From assembly GCA_965645245.1 (NCBI GenBank), contig OZ287081.1, positions 744,001 through 808,000 on the forward strand: DNA of 64,000 bases, in the 5' to 3' direction. This DNA is from Massalongia carnosa (Eukaryota). Below, in pieces: positions 40,050-52,966 of the stretch (positions are counted from its first letter, which is position 1; the number at the start of each line of letters is the position of its first letter). The position numbers and the translations under genes were made by a program. Under the pieces are notes generated by a model. It was not told the DNA's origin. It searched no databases and saw nothing but the letters and a program-made list of their open reading frames with translations.

Positions 40050-40491
40050 GACGCGTAATTAATCCCCACATGTGGAGGGCGGATATCAGATGTAATCAGC
40101 GAAGGGGGTCTTCTGTGATACTCGAACGTAGGACCTGGAAAAGATAAGAGAGAAATACGCGTAACGACATGGTTGCCATCGAGTCTGACATGACGGGGGG
40201 TCGGTGAGCGTTGAAGTTGATGAGCTACAGAGTACCTAGCCTAATCTCGATGTAAATTACAGGGGTAGCTACCCTTGGCGCCGGTACGGTTAGAGCATTA
40301 GCTCGTGTATTAGTAAGTACGAGCATACGGATACTAGTACGAATACAGAGCATTCTTACGGAGTGCTCTGTAATTATCCGAGAATCGAAGACACGTGCGG
40401 TATTCTTTTAAGTAGCTTGAAGCCTCGCTCGGGAGTCTAGGTCACCCTTGAACTGGTGGCTTCACTAGCAGTGAGCTTATGGTGCTCTGTA

Positions 40492-40556
40492 GGGATGGTG
40501 GGATGGTGGGATGATGGGGATGGTGGGATGGTGGGATGATGGTAGGGTGGGGGGTG
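40492..40556 (+). repeat. Imperfect G-rich (GGATGGTG)n short tandem repeat
   Basis: gggatggtgggatggtgggatgatggggatggtgggatggtgggatgatggtagggtgggggg in the divergent kinesin/PX-gene intergenic region. Confidence 0.8.
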
Positions 40557-40788
40557 ACGTGCCATCCCACTGCGGCACGCCTGCGTCTTACCCCCACCTG
40601 CACCTGCGCGCACCTGCAGACCATCGCCTCGTTTCTTCCTCGTCATACCTTTAGGTGTACTCTGTATAGGGCACAGACTACATCTCAACATGTCTAGGCA
40701 CAACCCCCTTTCTTCCTACTAAGATTCTCCCATCCTTCAAATTACATCCGCATTTTCGATAGACTGTAACTCTGGCAGACTGAGGAGA

Positions 40789-43700
40789 ATGGCAGATCTT
40801 ACAGAGACCAAACTAATCAAGTCTCTGGATGGCACTGTTCACTACCGTGAAACCGACATGCAACTCACCCCTGCTGCCGCAGAGTCAATACCATCACGAC
40901 CGAAGTTGAACACCCAGGTGCCTTCCAAAGATTCTTCTCCTCCATCTGGACAGACCTTGACCGGGAAGCAAGAGCATTGTAAGTGAGGAAACTACAAACC
41001 GCAATTAATGGGACACCCGAGGTTAACCCTTTCAAGATCTCAAACGAGAACTTATATCACAGCAAGTCGAGTACGAGATTTCCGAGCTAGCTTCTACAAC
41101 CGCTCTACAAAGATTTGGTGCCCCATTTCGATCCAACTTCGGTGAAGTTGCTCCAGTTGATTCAGATTTACCCCTGTTACGCTACATCTTTGTCCATCAT
41201 GTCCGTAATTTTCCGTTCTTGGATCAGGCGAAAGAGAAAGAGTTTTGGCAAGACAAGCTGCAAGTGGTGAGGAGAAAATATCGGAAGATATGTGCGGGCG
41301 TCCTCTAATGGCTATAGTTTCTCGAATCCTTTGCCAACAGGCACATCTCCTCGTCGGAAGATCGGCTGGAAGAGACAAAGCGGCGAAAGCTTGCAAAAAA
41401 GTCCGAAAAGCTAGTGGAACTGATGATGGTCTCGGCCATACCTACAGCATCTGGCTATGAGGATCGAATAAGGTTCTCGGAGCTTGAAGTTGTTGAACGG
41501 GGGGCTAACGAAAATGGGTTGCTTGTCAACACGCCTGAAGGCCATGCGATAAACGGATGGGACGTGAATGTTGCAGGCGTCAGGACGACATCTGTTAAAC
41601 GTACCGTGAGGTATCATCAACATGCGGTAAGGAAGTCTTCGTTGGAGAAGTATACGGCTAACCGGTAATAGGAGTTCATCCTCCGCGTAAAGCAAACTGG
41701 TAAGAAGGATTTATATATTGGGCGAAGGTACGGCGAGTTTGCAAAACTACACAAGAAGCTGCGAATAGAGTTGCCGGGCAAAGTATTGGCTCCGTTGCCT
41801 CGAAAAAACAGGAGCTCGACTACATCAACCATGTTGGGCGTAGGCAATGATGACGATGCATCTTCTGTATCTTCTGTTTCTACGATGGGAACAGGACGGA
41901 TTCCAGATGATGGCAACTCTCTACGCAATCTAGTGGGGATGGGGCATCAACAATCGGCTTCACAGCAACGTAGCCGGACGCCACGGCCATCAGGCGAGCA
42001 CTCCAGAGAACGAGTTGTCCTCTATCGGGAAGACCAACGTGTATCCCTCAGGGCCTTTCTGCGAACCTTTTTACAAAATCCGCAGATAGCGGAATCAAAA
42101 GCCATGAAAGAGTTTTTGACCGGGAATCCTATCAAGCTCAATGAGGAAGAAATGGGAGATATTCAAAGACGAAAGGAAATGGACGAGAAACGGATAGAGG
42201 AGCAGAAACAATTTTATGAGATAGCCAGACAGCGGGCAAAGGAGCTCGATGTATATATGGAAAGATTCAGACGAGACCTGGTAGAGAGTAGTATGTTTCT
42301 GCAGGACTTCCAAGAAGCCGGGCTAATCTTTAACGCAGACGGACTTACGAAACTCTTTAATGAAATCAAAGAAAAGGATAAAATAGACGGTTTAAGCATA
42401 GAATACAAAAAATTCGCCGAGTGGTTAAGAATAGAGTTAGTAATTGAAGAACGCTGGTCTAGATCAATAGTAACATTCGGACAGAGTTGCTGCAACAATT
42501 TATCATCTCTTCCTCGCTGAGGATAACTCTCCAGACCTACTTGCGCAAGCCAAACGCCTACATTCGATGATACCATACTCAGCTCTCAAGCAAGTTGTAC
42601 GTTTTGCCAATCCTGCAGCTGTAATGAGTGGTGTCTTGGACTTGTTCCTTGCGCAGCCCTTTGGAACACGCTCTCTCGCACAAAGAGCTTTCGGGATGGC
42701 CATCAACGATGGGATCAAGTCATTTCAGAAAGCGATAGACTCGGTAGTCGCTAAAGTCAATGATCCGGTCTTGTGCGAGAAGCTAAAGAATTTCTGCAAC
42801 GCTAATGAAGAGGCAAAGAACTTGATCCGAAGCGAAGCTGTCGCTGACAACGTTGACTTGGTTGTTACCATATTGAGGTCAGAGGTTATTAAACCAGAAC
42901 TAGCCCCCGAAAAGATTGGGAAGGTCTTTAATGCATACGTGGCGTGGAATAACGCAGTGGAAAATGTAGGCATCCTTTAAATATGAACTGGGATTTTCCT
43001 ATTAACTTTATAAGGTTGACGACGAAATGAAACAAGGTGCTCAGCTATTTGCCCACCTAAAACAGCTTCTCAAGATGAATACAAGGCAACGAGATAAAGC
43101 CATGATGCTGAGCGTCATAGAGGAGGTAAAGAGACCCAATAGACCCTTAGTCTCACTTTTTTCTGGTAAGATCGGTGTACGTTGAGCTTACGTCTTTAGC
43201 CCGTGACCCTCCAACTCTTTCGCGATCTCTTCACCATATTCTACGAACCTCTCGTCCGTGTGTACAAATCCGCCAATGTCTATAATAGCGTCACCGACTT
43301 CGCCTTGTTTGCCGACGACATGTTCACTGTCCTCGAGCATGCCCAGCGCCAAGATGTCTCTGCAGATCCTAACCAAACCGTGCAATCCTTCATCGACCTC
43401 TGTGCCCGTCATCAAGAAAACTTTTATAAATTCATCCACGAAGTTCACACTCACGATAACGGCCTTTTTACCCAGCTCATGGGCTGGCTTGAGGGCATCC
43501 TAAACTTCTTGCGCCATGGACCCCAGGGTGGCAAGCTGGACATGAACGCTTTGTTCCAGGGTGCTGTAGATGTAGGACAAATCAACAAATCCGTCGCTGT
43601 TGATGAAATCAATGCCTTGATTAAATGGCAGGAAGAACGCAAGAAATGGCATCATGACAAGACACGGCAGAAAATGGCGGCCGAAGGCTCCGGCGCCGCG

Positions 43701-44091
43701 TCATCTCTCGAACAAGCTCCCGGCTCGGCAACATTCAGAAGTAGCGACTTTGGCCTCGACGAGGTTCGTCTTTCTCTTCTCCTCCCTTCACATTGCCCAT
43801 TCTCCTTCTTTTTCCATCCCTCCCTTTCCTCCAGTCACTATCAAAGCGCTAATGTCTCATCCAACAAAACAGTCCGATGTCGCCGAACTGCAAACTTCCT
43901 CACCATTTTCCTCGGACGAGTCTGACTCCGACTCCGGCATGGATCCTATCACCGCAGAGCGCAAGCGGCGCGCCAAAAAGCAGGATCATCTTCGGCGGTC
44001 TGCAGGCGAGCCGCAAAAGCCGATCGTGAGTGAGATCAAGGGGATGAGAGAGGGGTTTCTAGCTATGTTGAGGATGGTATTGGCGGAGTAA
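40789..44091 (+). CDS. PX-domain protein with PXB/DUF3818 domains (YPR097W/Lec1-like), multi-exon
   Basis: LTGKQEHYLKRELIS, PLLRYIFVHHVRNFPFL, YREDQRVSLRAFLR, MIPYSALKQVVRFANPAAVMSGVLDLFLAQPFGTRSL, FYEPLVRVYK; canonical introns. Confidence 0.85.
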
Positions 44092-45606
44092 GATGGTTTT
44101 CGGGTTTGGGGGCTGGTTTGAATTTTAGCTAAAGTGTGCTCATGAAGGGAAGTTTGTCAAAAAGGGCTTTTAGAAGGGAACATCTGGGTGTAGACAACAG
44201 CGATGGGAAAGGAACGCACTTAACGTATGCATGACACATCCGAATGCCTTGAGGAATGGCATCTCTTCATGACATTTAAAAAAATAGGGAATAGGATGAG
44301 GCAGGCAGGAGAGATATCTTGATACAGGGCGGTTAAGAACATGACCGTTTCCAAGAGATATGCTTCTTCTTTTCATTGATAAAGTATCTGAATTACCTAG
44401 ATATCTATCTACCTATGTAGATCTCGCACTAATAGCAGCCAAATATTCATCCCTTACTTCTTTTCATCCATCCGTCAAACCCTAGTGCGTCCCTCTTCCC
44501 CGCACTCAATCCTCCTTTTACTTTCTCTTGTTCTATCCTCATCTTAATGACAATACGCAGAAAACCCCCATCTCTCCCTCCCTTTCATTCATTCTTTTCT
44601 TCCTTCCTTTTTCCTCACCAGTCAGTCGGCAGCAAGATTTATTACTCCTCCTCTCGGCGGCTCCCCTCTTTGAAAATTCCGATCCCGATTTCGGTATTGA
44701 CTGATATAAACTAGTAGGTATACTTAAATAAAAAAACAACAGACGATAGATAACAGCCAGGAAGTGAGAATTGAGGGATTTCTATGGAAGGGAAGGGGAA
44801 GGGGAAGGGGATTGGAGATAAAGAATGAAAGACGGAGAGAAGGAGGGAAGAAGGGAATTTGGGGGGGGGGGGAAGATAGTGGATGAGAGCCCAGGAAAGA
44901 AGAAAGGGAAGTGATCAGCCACTATTAATAGTCAGTCCGTGTGGGTTTCCCGCTCGCACCACTTTGCAATGCCTAGGTGCTGGGTATTTTAATTTCCAGT
45001 TTCCTGGCTTACTTGCTTGATTGCTTTTGGAGAGGGGGGGTGTTGAAGGGTTTGGAGGTGGGGATGGGAAATGGAAAATGGGAAACGGGAGGTTGGGGGT
45101 GAGCATGGAAGGTGGAAAAAACGAAGAAGTGTGAAGGGAGAAAGAGAGATAGATGAGAAGATGAAAAATTGACATGATGGGGAAAGGCTTCCATCTCCCT
45201 CTACGTACTACTCGTACCTACGAGCTGTAATGTTTTCTTGGATAAAAGCTGGGAAGGGGGCGGAAGATAGACGGTAGATCTGGAATATTGTTGAATGCGC
45301 ATAACGTGGATACGGAAACGAACAGAGCAAGATGGAGGTGTTTGGTTCCATTCTGCATGAGTTTTTTCCGAGCATGCAGGCTCAACGTATGTAGTAACTA
45401 GGCACTGCGGCATGTCCAAGCGACTTAAGGTATCTAGACGACACATGAAATCCTCCTTTAGGAAACAGTTCTTTTCCCCTCTCCCTCCCGAAAGATTGGG
45501 GCGGTTGGAGCACTACCTACAATGGGTAGTAAGCAGCAGCTATCCGCTCTTGACGACAGCTATCCACAGCAACATTAGCAATTAAAAACAATCCCCTCAT
45601 CCGAAT

Positions 45607-48600
45607 CTAATAGTTCAACTCTCCCCCCACCGAGCCTCCAACAGCGTCCAAATCTTCATAGCTCTTCAAGCTCCTTCCCTGCACCGCCTCCCTCGGCCCC
45701 ACCGTCTGCGCCCCGGCTCCGTCTCCCCATTTCCCCGCCCCACCGGCTCCCAGGCCTCCTCCACCTCCTCGCATCCCCCTATCCCCGACTCCACTGGCAC
45801 CGTTCCTTGGGGGCGTCAACCGGCCGTTGCCACCATAACGTGGCTGCTGTTGTCGCCGATCATAAGGGCCACCTTGGCGTGCGGCGCCGCCGAAGCGGCC
45901 ACCACCACGACGCATGGGGCCTGGTTGATGGGAGTCCTCGCCGTTGCCGGCGAAGGAGTTAGAGCCATTCGGCCAACCGATAGGGGTTTGCACGGCATGA
46001 TTGCCAAACGCAGCTGGAAATGGGGGGAAATTGGCGGGAGGGGGAAACCCGGGGGGAAATGTGGTCATCATTGGTAGGTTGTTGGCGAGATTAAAGCCGC
46101 GCGGGGTGCCTGCAGTGAGGCTATGATTGTTCATCGGGAAATGGCCGTTGCTGTTGGCATCGGAGCGCGAAGGAGCGATATGGGAAGGGTCGATAACATA
46201 CGTATTGACAAGGTTGAGCTGATAGAGCATATACGGTTATACAACGAAACCAATGGTACAAGCTAGAAGGACTTACATCTTTTTTGATACTGTCAAACCA
46301 CTCAGGATGGCGTTTCTCCACATGTTTCCTCCAAAACACCTCGCCTTTGAACAGTTTCGTGCATTCGGGCACTTTGCAGCGGAATTTGGCTTCATCCTCC
46401 TGTTTGACGAACTTCTTAAGCTCTTCGTCCAAACCCTCTTCCACTGGCTTTCCGCCAAGCTTTCGCACATCAACGTTTTCAGGCTCCAGAATTTGCAAAA
46501 TCTTCTCCTCAAATGTCTTCACCCAGTTGAAAGCGCGGGTAAGCTGTTGGTCGTTCTTGAATCCATTGCGCTGGAATTTCTCAGTTGGAGAGTTACCATT
46601 CTCCGTTGGCTCATCCATTGACTCTTTACGCTTGAGAGGAAAGGGCAATCCAGATGCGCTGGCCTTTGCAGCAGCCTTTGCGGCGGTACTTAGGCTGGCT
46701 CTGGGGCGACGCAGATGGCCACCTGGACATTTTCGGATAAGCTCATGGATGGAATCACTCTCAAATACGCAAAAAAAACAGAAGTTGTAAACACGTCGAA
46801 GATACTCGACCAGAAGATCAAGGGTTTTCTTGGTGATCAACAGGTCTTCACTATCAACTTCCTCATCATAAGCACCTTCTTCATCCTCATCATCTTCTTC
46901 ACCATCTTCGATTTCATCGTCATCCAAACCAAGCACAGCGTCCCTCTTTCCTCGCTTACCAGCTACTACCCCAGATGCCGCAGCCTGCAGCCAGCCCTTG
47001 CTGCGAAGATCCTCGACACGCTGCTCAATCTTAGCCACGCTGTCGACGTCAGTTCCAAAGTCTTGATCGAATTTCGACACTAGTCGCTTTGCTAGCTCCA
47101 AGTCTCTGCTGATACGTTCGGGGGCGGAGAAGAGATCCCATAAAGCTTTCTTCCTTGGCTCTCGAGGGGGGATGTGCACACCGACGTGGCACGTGAAATC
47201 GCCGCGAGACTCGTCATATATCGTCTTACTGTTCACCGCGTCAAGAGCTTTTTCGGCGGTGGTAAGTAGCCCACTGGCCTTTGGTTCAGCCTCCATGCCA
47301 TCTTCCTTCTCTTCATTTTCTTCATCTCTACCATCTCCTCGATCAACGGCGGCAGCTATCTCAGAGCTTTGGTGAAGCATGATCCAGCCTATTCTATGGT
47401 ACTTCTTCAAAGGGTTTGGGTCGCTTAGGCTTAGCCACTTGAAGCCACCATCCGCCTCTCCCAGATGCTCTTTGCAAAAATCCTCGATCTTCTCACGGCT
47501 AACGGTTGGCGCTAAAGTTTTGATGAGTAGCGCCGGCTGAAGCGCGGATTCATCTCGAATATCCCCGCCTCGGCTAGGCACCAAATCGCCGACACCTAGC
47601 ACTTCAGCCGCAGCAACGGTTTCACCCTCTTCTCTCTCCACAACACCGCCAACCCCGTTGCTTTCTGTTTTGTAGATTCCTTCGAGAGTGAAGTCGTCAA
47701 AAGTTCCGGCTTCCATATCACGTTCCCATTGAGCAAGGGCACCACGTCTAAAGTCCATCAATCGCTGGCGAAATGGATCTCGGATATCTGACAGATATCG
47801 CTCTCTGAACCATTCTTCGCCCTTATGTTGTTGCACGAATGCCCTGGCCATTTTGATTTGGAGCTCTTCCTTGTATGCGTCATAGGCGACCTGAATCTGG
47901 GCCCGTTCCTTCTCGCGTTCCTCTCTGGATTCCCGTTCCCCTTTAATAGCACGGTCGGACGGCCTTCTCCCACCATCTTTCTGACGCTCTTTGTCTTCCT
48001 TGATTGACTGCTCAACACGCCACCATTCCGCAAACCAGTTGAAGCCAACTTGAAAGTCAAGAGTGAGTGGTGAAGGCAATGGATTAGTACGAATGATAGG
48101 CTTTCCTGGGTTCTGTCCTGGCACATAGCGGTCGATATGACCGGCTGGGGAAGGAGCTCGACGACGATCCTCCCGGTCACGAGAAGCATGTTCTCGAGAC
48201 TGGCCATAATAATCGTCCCGAGGAAGCCGATCAGCAGGTTGGTAACGGTCAATCATTACTGGAGAGCGTGACCGTGCGCGTGGGCCGCGATGACCACCAC
48301 GACGATCTTGGGGACCTGTTAAACAAATTTATGAGTATTTGCAGCATTCATGAATATCGAACCCGCAAAACATGTTAATAGCACTAGGTGGTAAGGCAGG
48401 AAAATGAACTCAAGGACCAATGCTTCAATCAAATAAGGTGTGACCATGTAGAGCGGATTGTCAAATCCAAGCAGATAAGGAAATCGGGCAGTGGTAAATG
48501 GGGTGAGGTTTCATCTGAACAAATTGGCCGCTCCATGAGATAGAATTCGCGATACCATTTGCCAACAGATTTGTAATATAATGAGATATTGGCAATCCCG

Positions 48601-48737
48601 TTGGCCGGGGTCTTACCAGGAGATCGACGGCTGCGATAACCATCATTGACAGGAGCACGATCAGTCATATCGTCGCGACCAACCCATCTGGACTCTGCTT
48701 TCAAAGACGGCGAGCGGTACGCTTCGAAAGTATCCAT
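45607..48737 (-). CDS. ARS2/SERRATE (Pir2-like) cap-binding-complex adaptor
   Basis: Arg/Asp-rich N-terminus, FVQQHKGEEWFRERY, YLRRVYNFCFFC, C2H2 KFRCKVPECTKLFK..FWRKHVEKRH, terminal RSLKSYEDLD; introns 48316-48616 and 46219-46276. Confidence 0.9.
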
Positions 48738-49496
48738 GATGGAAGATGTAAGAGGATAGTTGTTGTGCTTGACAGAAACGCCGTATATGAAGGGAGGAAT
48801 GCCAGGTTTGCTGAAGTAGGTGAATAAGGGCTATTCTCGTAACGCTTAAGTGATTGCTGGTGAATAATAGAGAGAATGGTAAAGATGGAGGCTGTTTATC
48901 GACATTATCTCGGGTTAGAGTAGATTCAATTAAAAAAGAATGATACGATCAAACGATGAATAAGTATGGGGAGGGATAGTAGGTAGTAATGGTAGGCTCA
49001 GTAGGATTTGGTGGAGGATTAACGTGGGAGTAAGGCTATTGAGGGGGCTTGAAGAAGAGGGAGAAGGTTATGAAGGAGAAGCTCGCGACCAACAGCAAAA
49101 TGAAGGGAGATTGAAGAGACTATGTAATGACTGTATGGGGGGCACTGTGGACGTGACAAAAGACTCACGTTCTCTGCCTTTCTCTGTTGATGAGGAGATC
49201 AGCACCAAAATCCAGATGGATGTAAGGTGTGAGTGAGTGGGAGGGGAGGAAAGGCTTTTCTATTTCCCGAGCTTTGCGCTTTTTCGCTTACGCGCTACGT
49301 AGTTTGATTGGTTGACGAATCAAAGGGCCAACACGGCACGGCTTCCTGTTTCGTGGCTGAAAGATTGGCACGATTGAAACCGCTAGTCAACCCACTAGCC
49401 CAGAATCGCGGTACGGGTTAACATCGTCCCGACACAACGGTGCTGATCGAGGGGATATCCTTAACATTACTCCAACTGAGAAATCAGACTGCAGAG

Positions 49497-50407
49497 ATGA
49501 CTTCTTACATTCCATCCCTCACCCTTCCTGCTCAAATCTTCTTGCAGCCTGCTGCATCGATCCTACTTCCCATTATCGTTGCCGGTGGTGTGGGCTTCGC
49601 AGTTTCACGTACGTAAATACTTTCCTCACTCTTCTCCCGGATATTCAAGGCTTTATGTCTCTCATCTCGATGTCACTGCAGATACCAATGGCCGGTCCTT
49701 CATGATAGAACATACAGAGCTAATAAGAGATACCATAATCCAGCCCAGAAGAAAACCCAAGAGAAATATCTCGCTTTGAAGCAACCGCCTTACCGACCTC
49801 CTCCCCAGGTCTTTGGGCCCGTCTGGACCACACTCTATGGCTTGATGGGATATTCAGCATACAGGGCATGGACGATCGGGACATCTTCTTTCAATCCTCA
49901 GACAGTGGCGCTAGCTAAGGTAAGAAACCAGCCTTGTGAAGTGCCAGTCGTCGGAGACGAACCCTAAGTACGTGACTGAACCATTCCCTGCAGCAAGGGG
50001 CCACTCTCTACACAATTCAACTCGCTCTCAACATTATTTGGACCCCTCTATTCTTCGGTCTCAAGCGTCCCATCGAAGCTACTGTTGACATCGTGGCGCT
50101 GACAGGCGTGGTGGGATATCTTACCTACATCTGGGCCCAGGTAGATTCCGTCGCAGCATGGGGCTTGGTTCCTTACTTGGGATGGCTGAGCTTCGCTACA
50201 TATCTGACTGTAAGCACCGCTTATCGGGAATTCATCAAAGGTATTCTCTGAAAAAAAGACAAAATGCTGAAGTTAGATTTGTAGATTGGCACGGGTTACC
50301 TTAACGACTGGGACATCGCCGACAAAGAAGTCCATGAATCACCTACAGACAAGCATCCTGATACTAAATATGTCAATGAAGTGCCGGAAGGAAAGAAGTC
50401 TTTGTAA
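49497..50407 (+). CDS. TspO/MBR family translocator protein, 4 exons
   Basis: LKQPPYRPPPQVFGPVWTTLYGLMGYSAYR, YTIQLALNIIWTPLFFG, LVPYLGWLSFATYL. Confidence 0.92.
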
Positions 50408-51301
50408 ACGCGTTATGACTGGTCTTGCGGATGTTCAGGTTTAGTCATTCATGATCTTTCTCTCGCATCATTGTTTTCCTTCTCAGATACGCCCTAATCC
50501 ATTTCCCTGTTGTGTTTTAACGCGAATTATTATATCCCCGTTGCTGCATTTTATCCAGCTCCTACGATGCAATGAAACATCGAAACTAAATGGGTGTCTT
50601 CCCTCACGCACCCCTCATTCAACCTTTACATCATGATCACGTCACTCACAAACCTTTCCTCTCTGTCACTCTGTGAATTGCATCCGACCACTTCCTCCTC
50701 CATTCATCTACCCTTCACCTCCTCAATCCTGCCCACCCATCTCCTTATCCCTTTACCTTCTCTCATTCTCCACGCCTTTACCCTCTTTCCAAACATACAT
50801 TCGTCCCTCACCTCCTCGCTTTTATTTTAACTATACTTTCCTTCTTCATTCCGAGTTCTATGAACCCCCTTCATCAAAGACTTAAACCACTCCCCAACCA
50901 CAGCCTCTATGGGAGAAGGAAGGATATGGTGTGGGGAAATGGATGAGTACATGAATGGGTGAGGAGTGAGGGGTGAGAGTCATTTACGAGTTATTGGTCG
51001 GTTAATTGGTTTTTTAGTCAGCGGAAGGGAGGGATAGAAGTGGGATGAGATGAAATAGAAGGAAAAGAGAAAGGGGGTTGGGGACAGTTGCTGGAGTATC
51101 AAAGTGAGACGGATGCTATAGCAACTTTTGGGGTTGGAAGGAGAGGATAGAACATATCCTTCTAAGAGGAAGATAGGAATAAATGTATAATGGTAAATAG
51201 AGGTTTTCCAATCCCGTTTGGCCTGATTACACTGCCCTCCCCAAATCAACTAACACCGACGGGTATATCTCAAAACCGCCATAACCGCTCTTCCCCCCCC
51301 T

Positions 51302-52966
51302 TCACTCCCCATCCGTCGCAAAAGCTGCCTCCGGCGGCAGTTGAAAGCTTGCGCAAACCATGCGCTTCAACGGCGCAACATCCCGCACATCCCACACCTG
51401 CACCTCCTCCTCACCCCATGGCCCATCCTCCTTTCCCTCCCCCACAACCTCCGCTCCAAGTCCCAGCTGCTTCGCCACCTCGCGCCGCACCTTCGCGTCC
51501 TCCACTGCCGCCTTCTCGTTCTGGGTCGTCTTGAGGGAGAAGCAATACACATGCACCCACGGCAACTGGGTACTCGTGTACGGAGCGAAAAGACGCTCGT
51601 GGCCGGCGTAAAGGCCGCGGAAGGCGGGGAGGAAGAAGAGCGCGGTAGCGGGGAGGTTCATGATGTAGTGCGAGAATGTGCGGGGGGCTATTAGAGTTTT
51701 TGGGACAGTAGGGGGAGGAGGGGAGGTTAAAGGGGTGAGAGATTTGGGGGGCTTGAGAGGGGGGAGGGATACAAGGGTGGTGGTTTGGAGGAGATCTTGG
51801 GTTACAGAACGGATGAAGTTGTGGCCGTCTTCGTTAAAGGCGCGGACGAACTTGCTGACCTACATTTGAGGATTTGTGGGTGAGTTTATGGGTCGTGTGA
51901 GACATTTCAGGAGGGGGGAATTGAGGGGGTAGAAAAGGGGGTTACCTTATTTCGACGGATAGCATCCTGGAGACTGGTGTAGCTGTCTGGATTCAAATCG
52001 TTGGCCCACACGAACACATTCTTTTTCCCAGCTGGCACGGCGAACGGCCCCACACCGGCCATGACGTCGCAGACCGCCTCACCGGGCCGAAACAGGTTGA
52101 TCAAACGCCGATGTTCGGTATTGAGGCGCGGGTTCCAGTACACTCTCGAGTAGTCAAAGCGGAAGAAGCAGTTCTCGACTTTCACTTCAACGTTCATGTC
52201 GGAGTCGCCAGCCAGGAGCTCGTAGCGGAAGGTGCGGTATTCGCTCTCGGTGCCGACTTCGTCAATTTTGTTGATGACGGTGCGGATAGCAGGGTTTTTG
52301 TCCAGAATGACGGTGGCGATTAGTTTTTTGTAGGGGAGGTAGTATTCTCTGAGGTTCAAATGTGCTGTTTGGCTGGGTTTAGCGTCCAGTACGAGAGGAT
52401 ACGAGGAATCGGGCTAGATGGCCTACCGATTTGGCCGATAATACTGTAGCCTGTAGGAAGTTCGTCCTGCTGGTCTTCTGGCAGTATGGCGCTCATGATT
52501 TCATCTTGTTACCCTCGTCAGAGCTATCATATAAAGGAACAAGAAAGTCTCTTGACGCACATACGATAATTCCAATAGTCATAATCTAAATCCAAGGTAT
52601 AAGGGGTCAGGGTAACTTGTTCGGCATCCACCAGCTCTCGAAGCCTTTGACTCCAGGTGGAAGCATCTAAATATCACGAACATTAGCCTCACGAGTGGAT
52701 CCATCTATTTGACGCCATTCTTGCACTTCGGTATTACTTTCAGCCTTGATCTCCGGTTTCAACAGCAGGCCCTTTGCCCCCTCTTTGCCAGGCAATAATC
52801 TCACTGTGGCCAGACGCTCTAAATGTAAAATATCTTGGCTCAATTCTTTTTGAAGCCTTGCAATTTCTTTCCTGTTGAGGACCTGGGCCGCTGACAAGGC
52901 TATTGATTTTCGAAAAAAAGAACGATCCAGAACTTTCATCAAGCGGTTGACAGGAGGGCAAAACAT
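51302..52966 (-). CDS. TRM5: tRNA (guanine-37-N1)-methyltransferase, multi-exon
   Basis: [87 protein letters not shown]. Confidence 0.94.
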
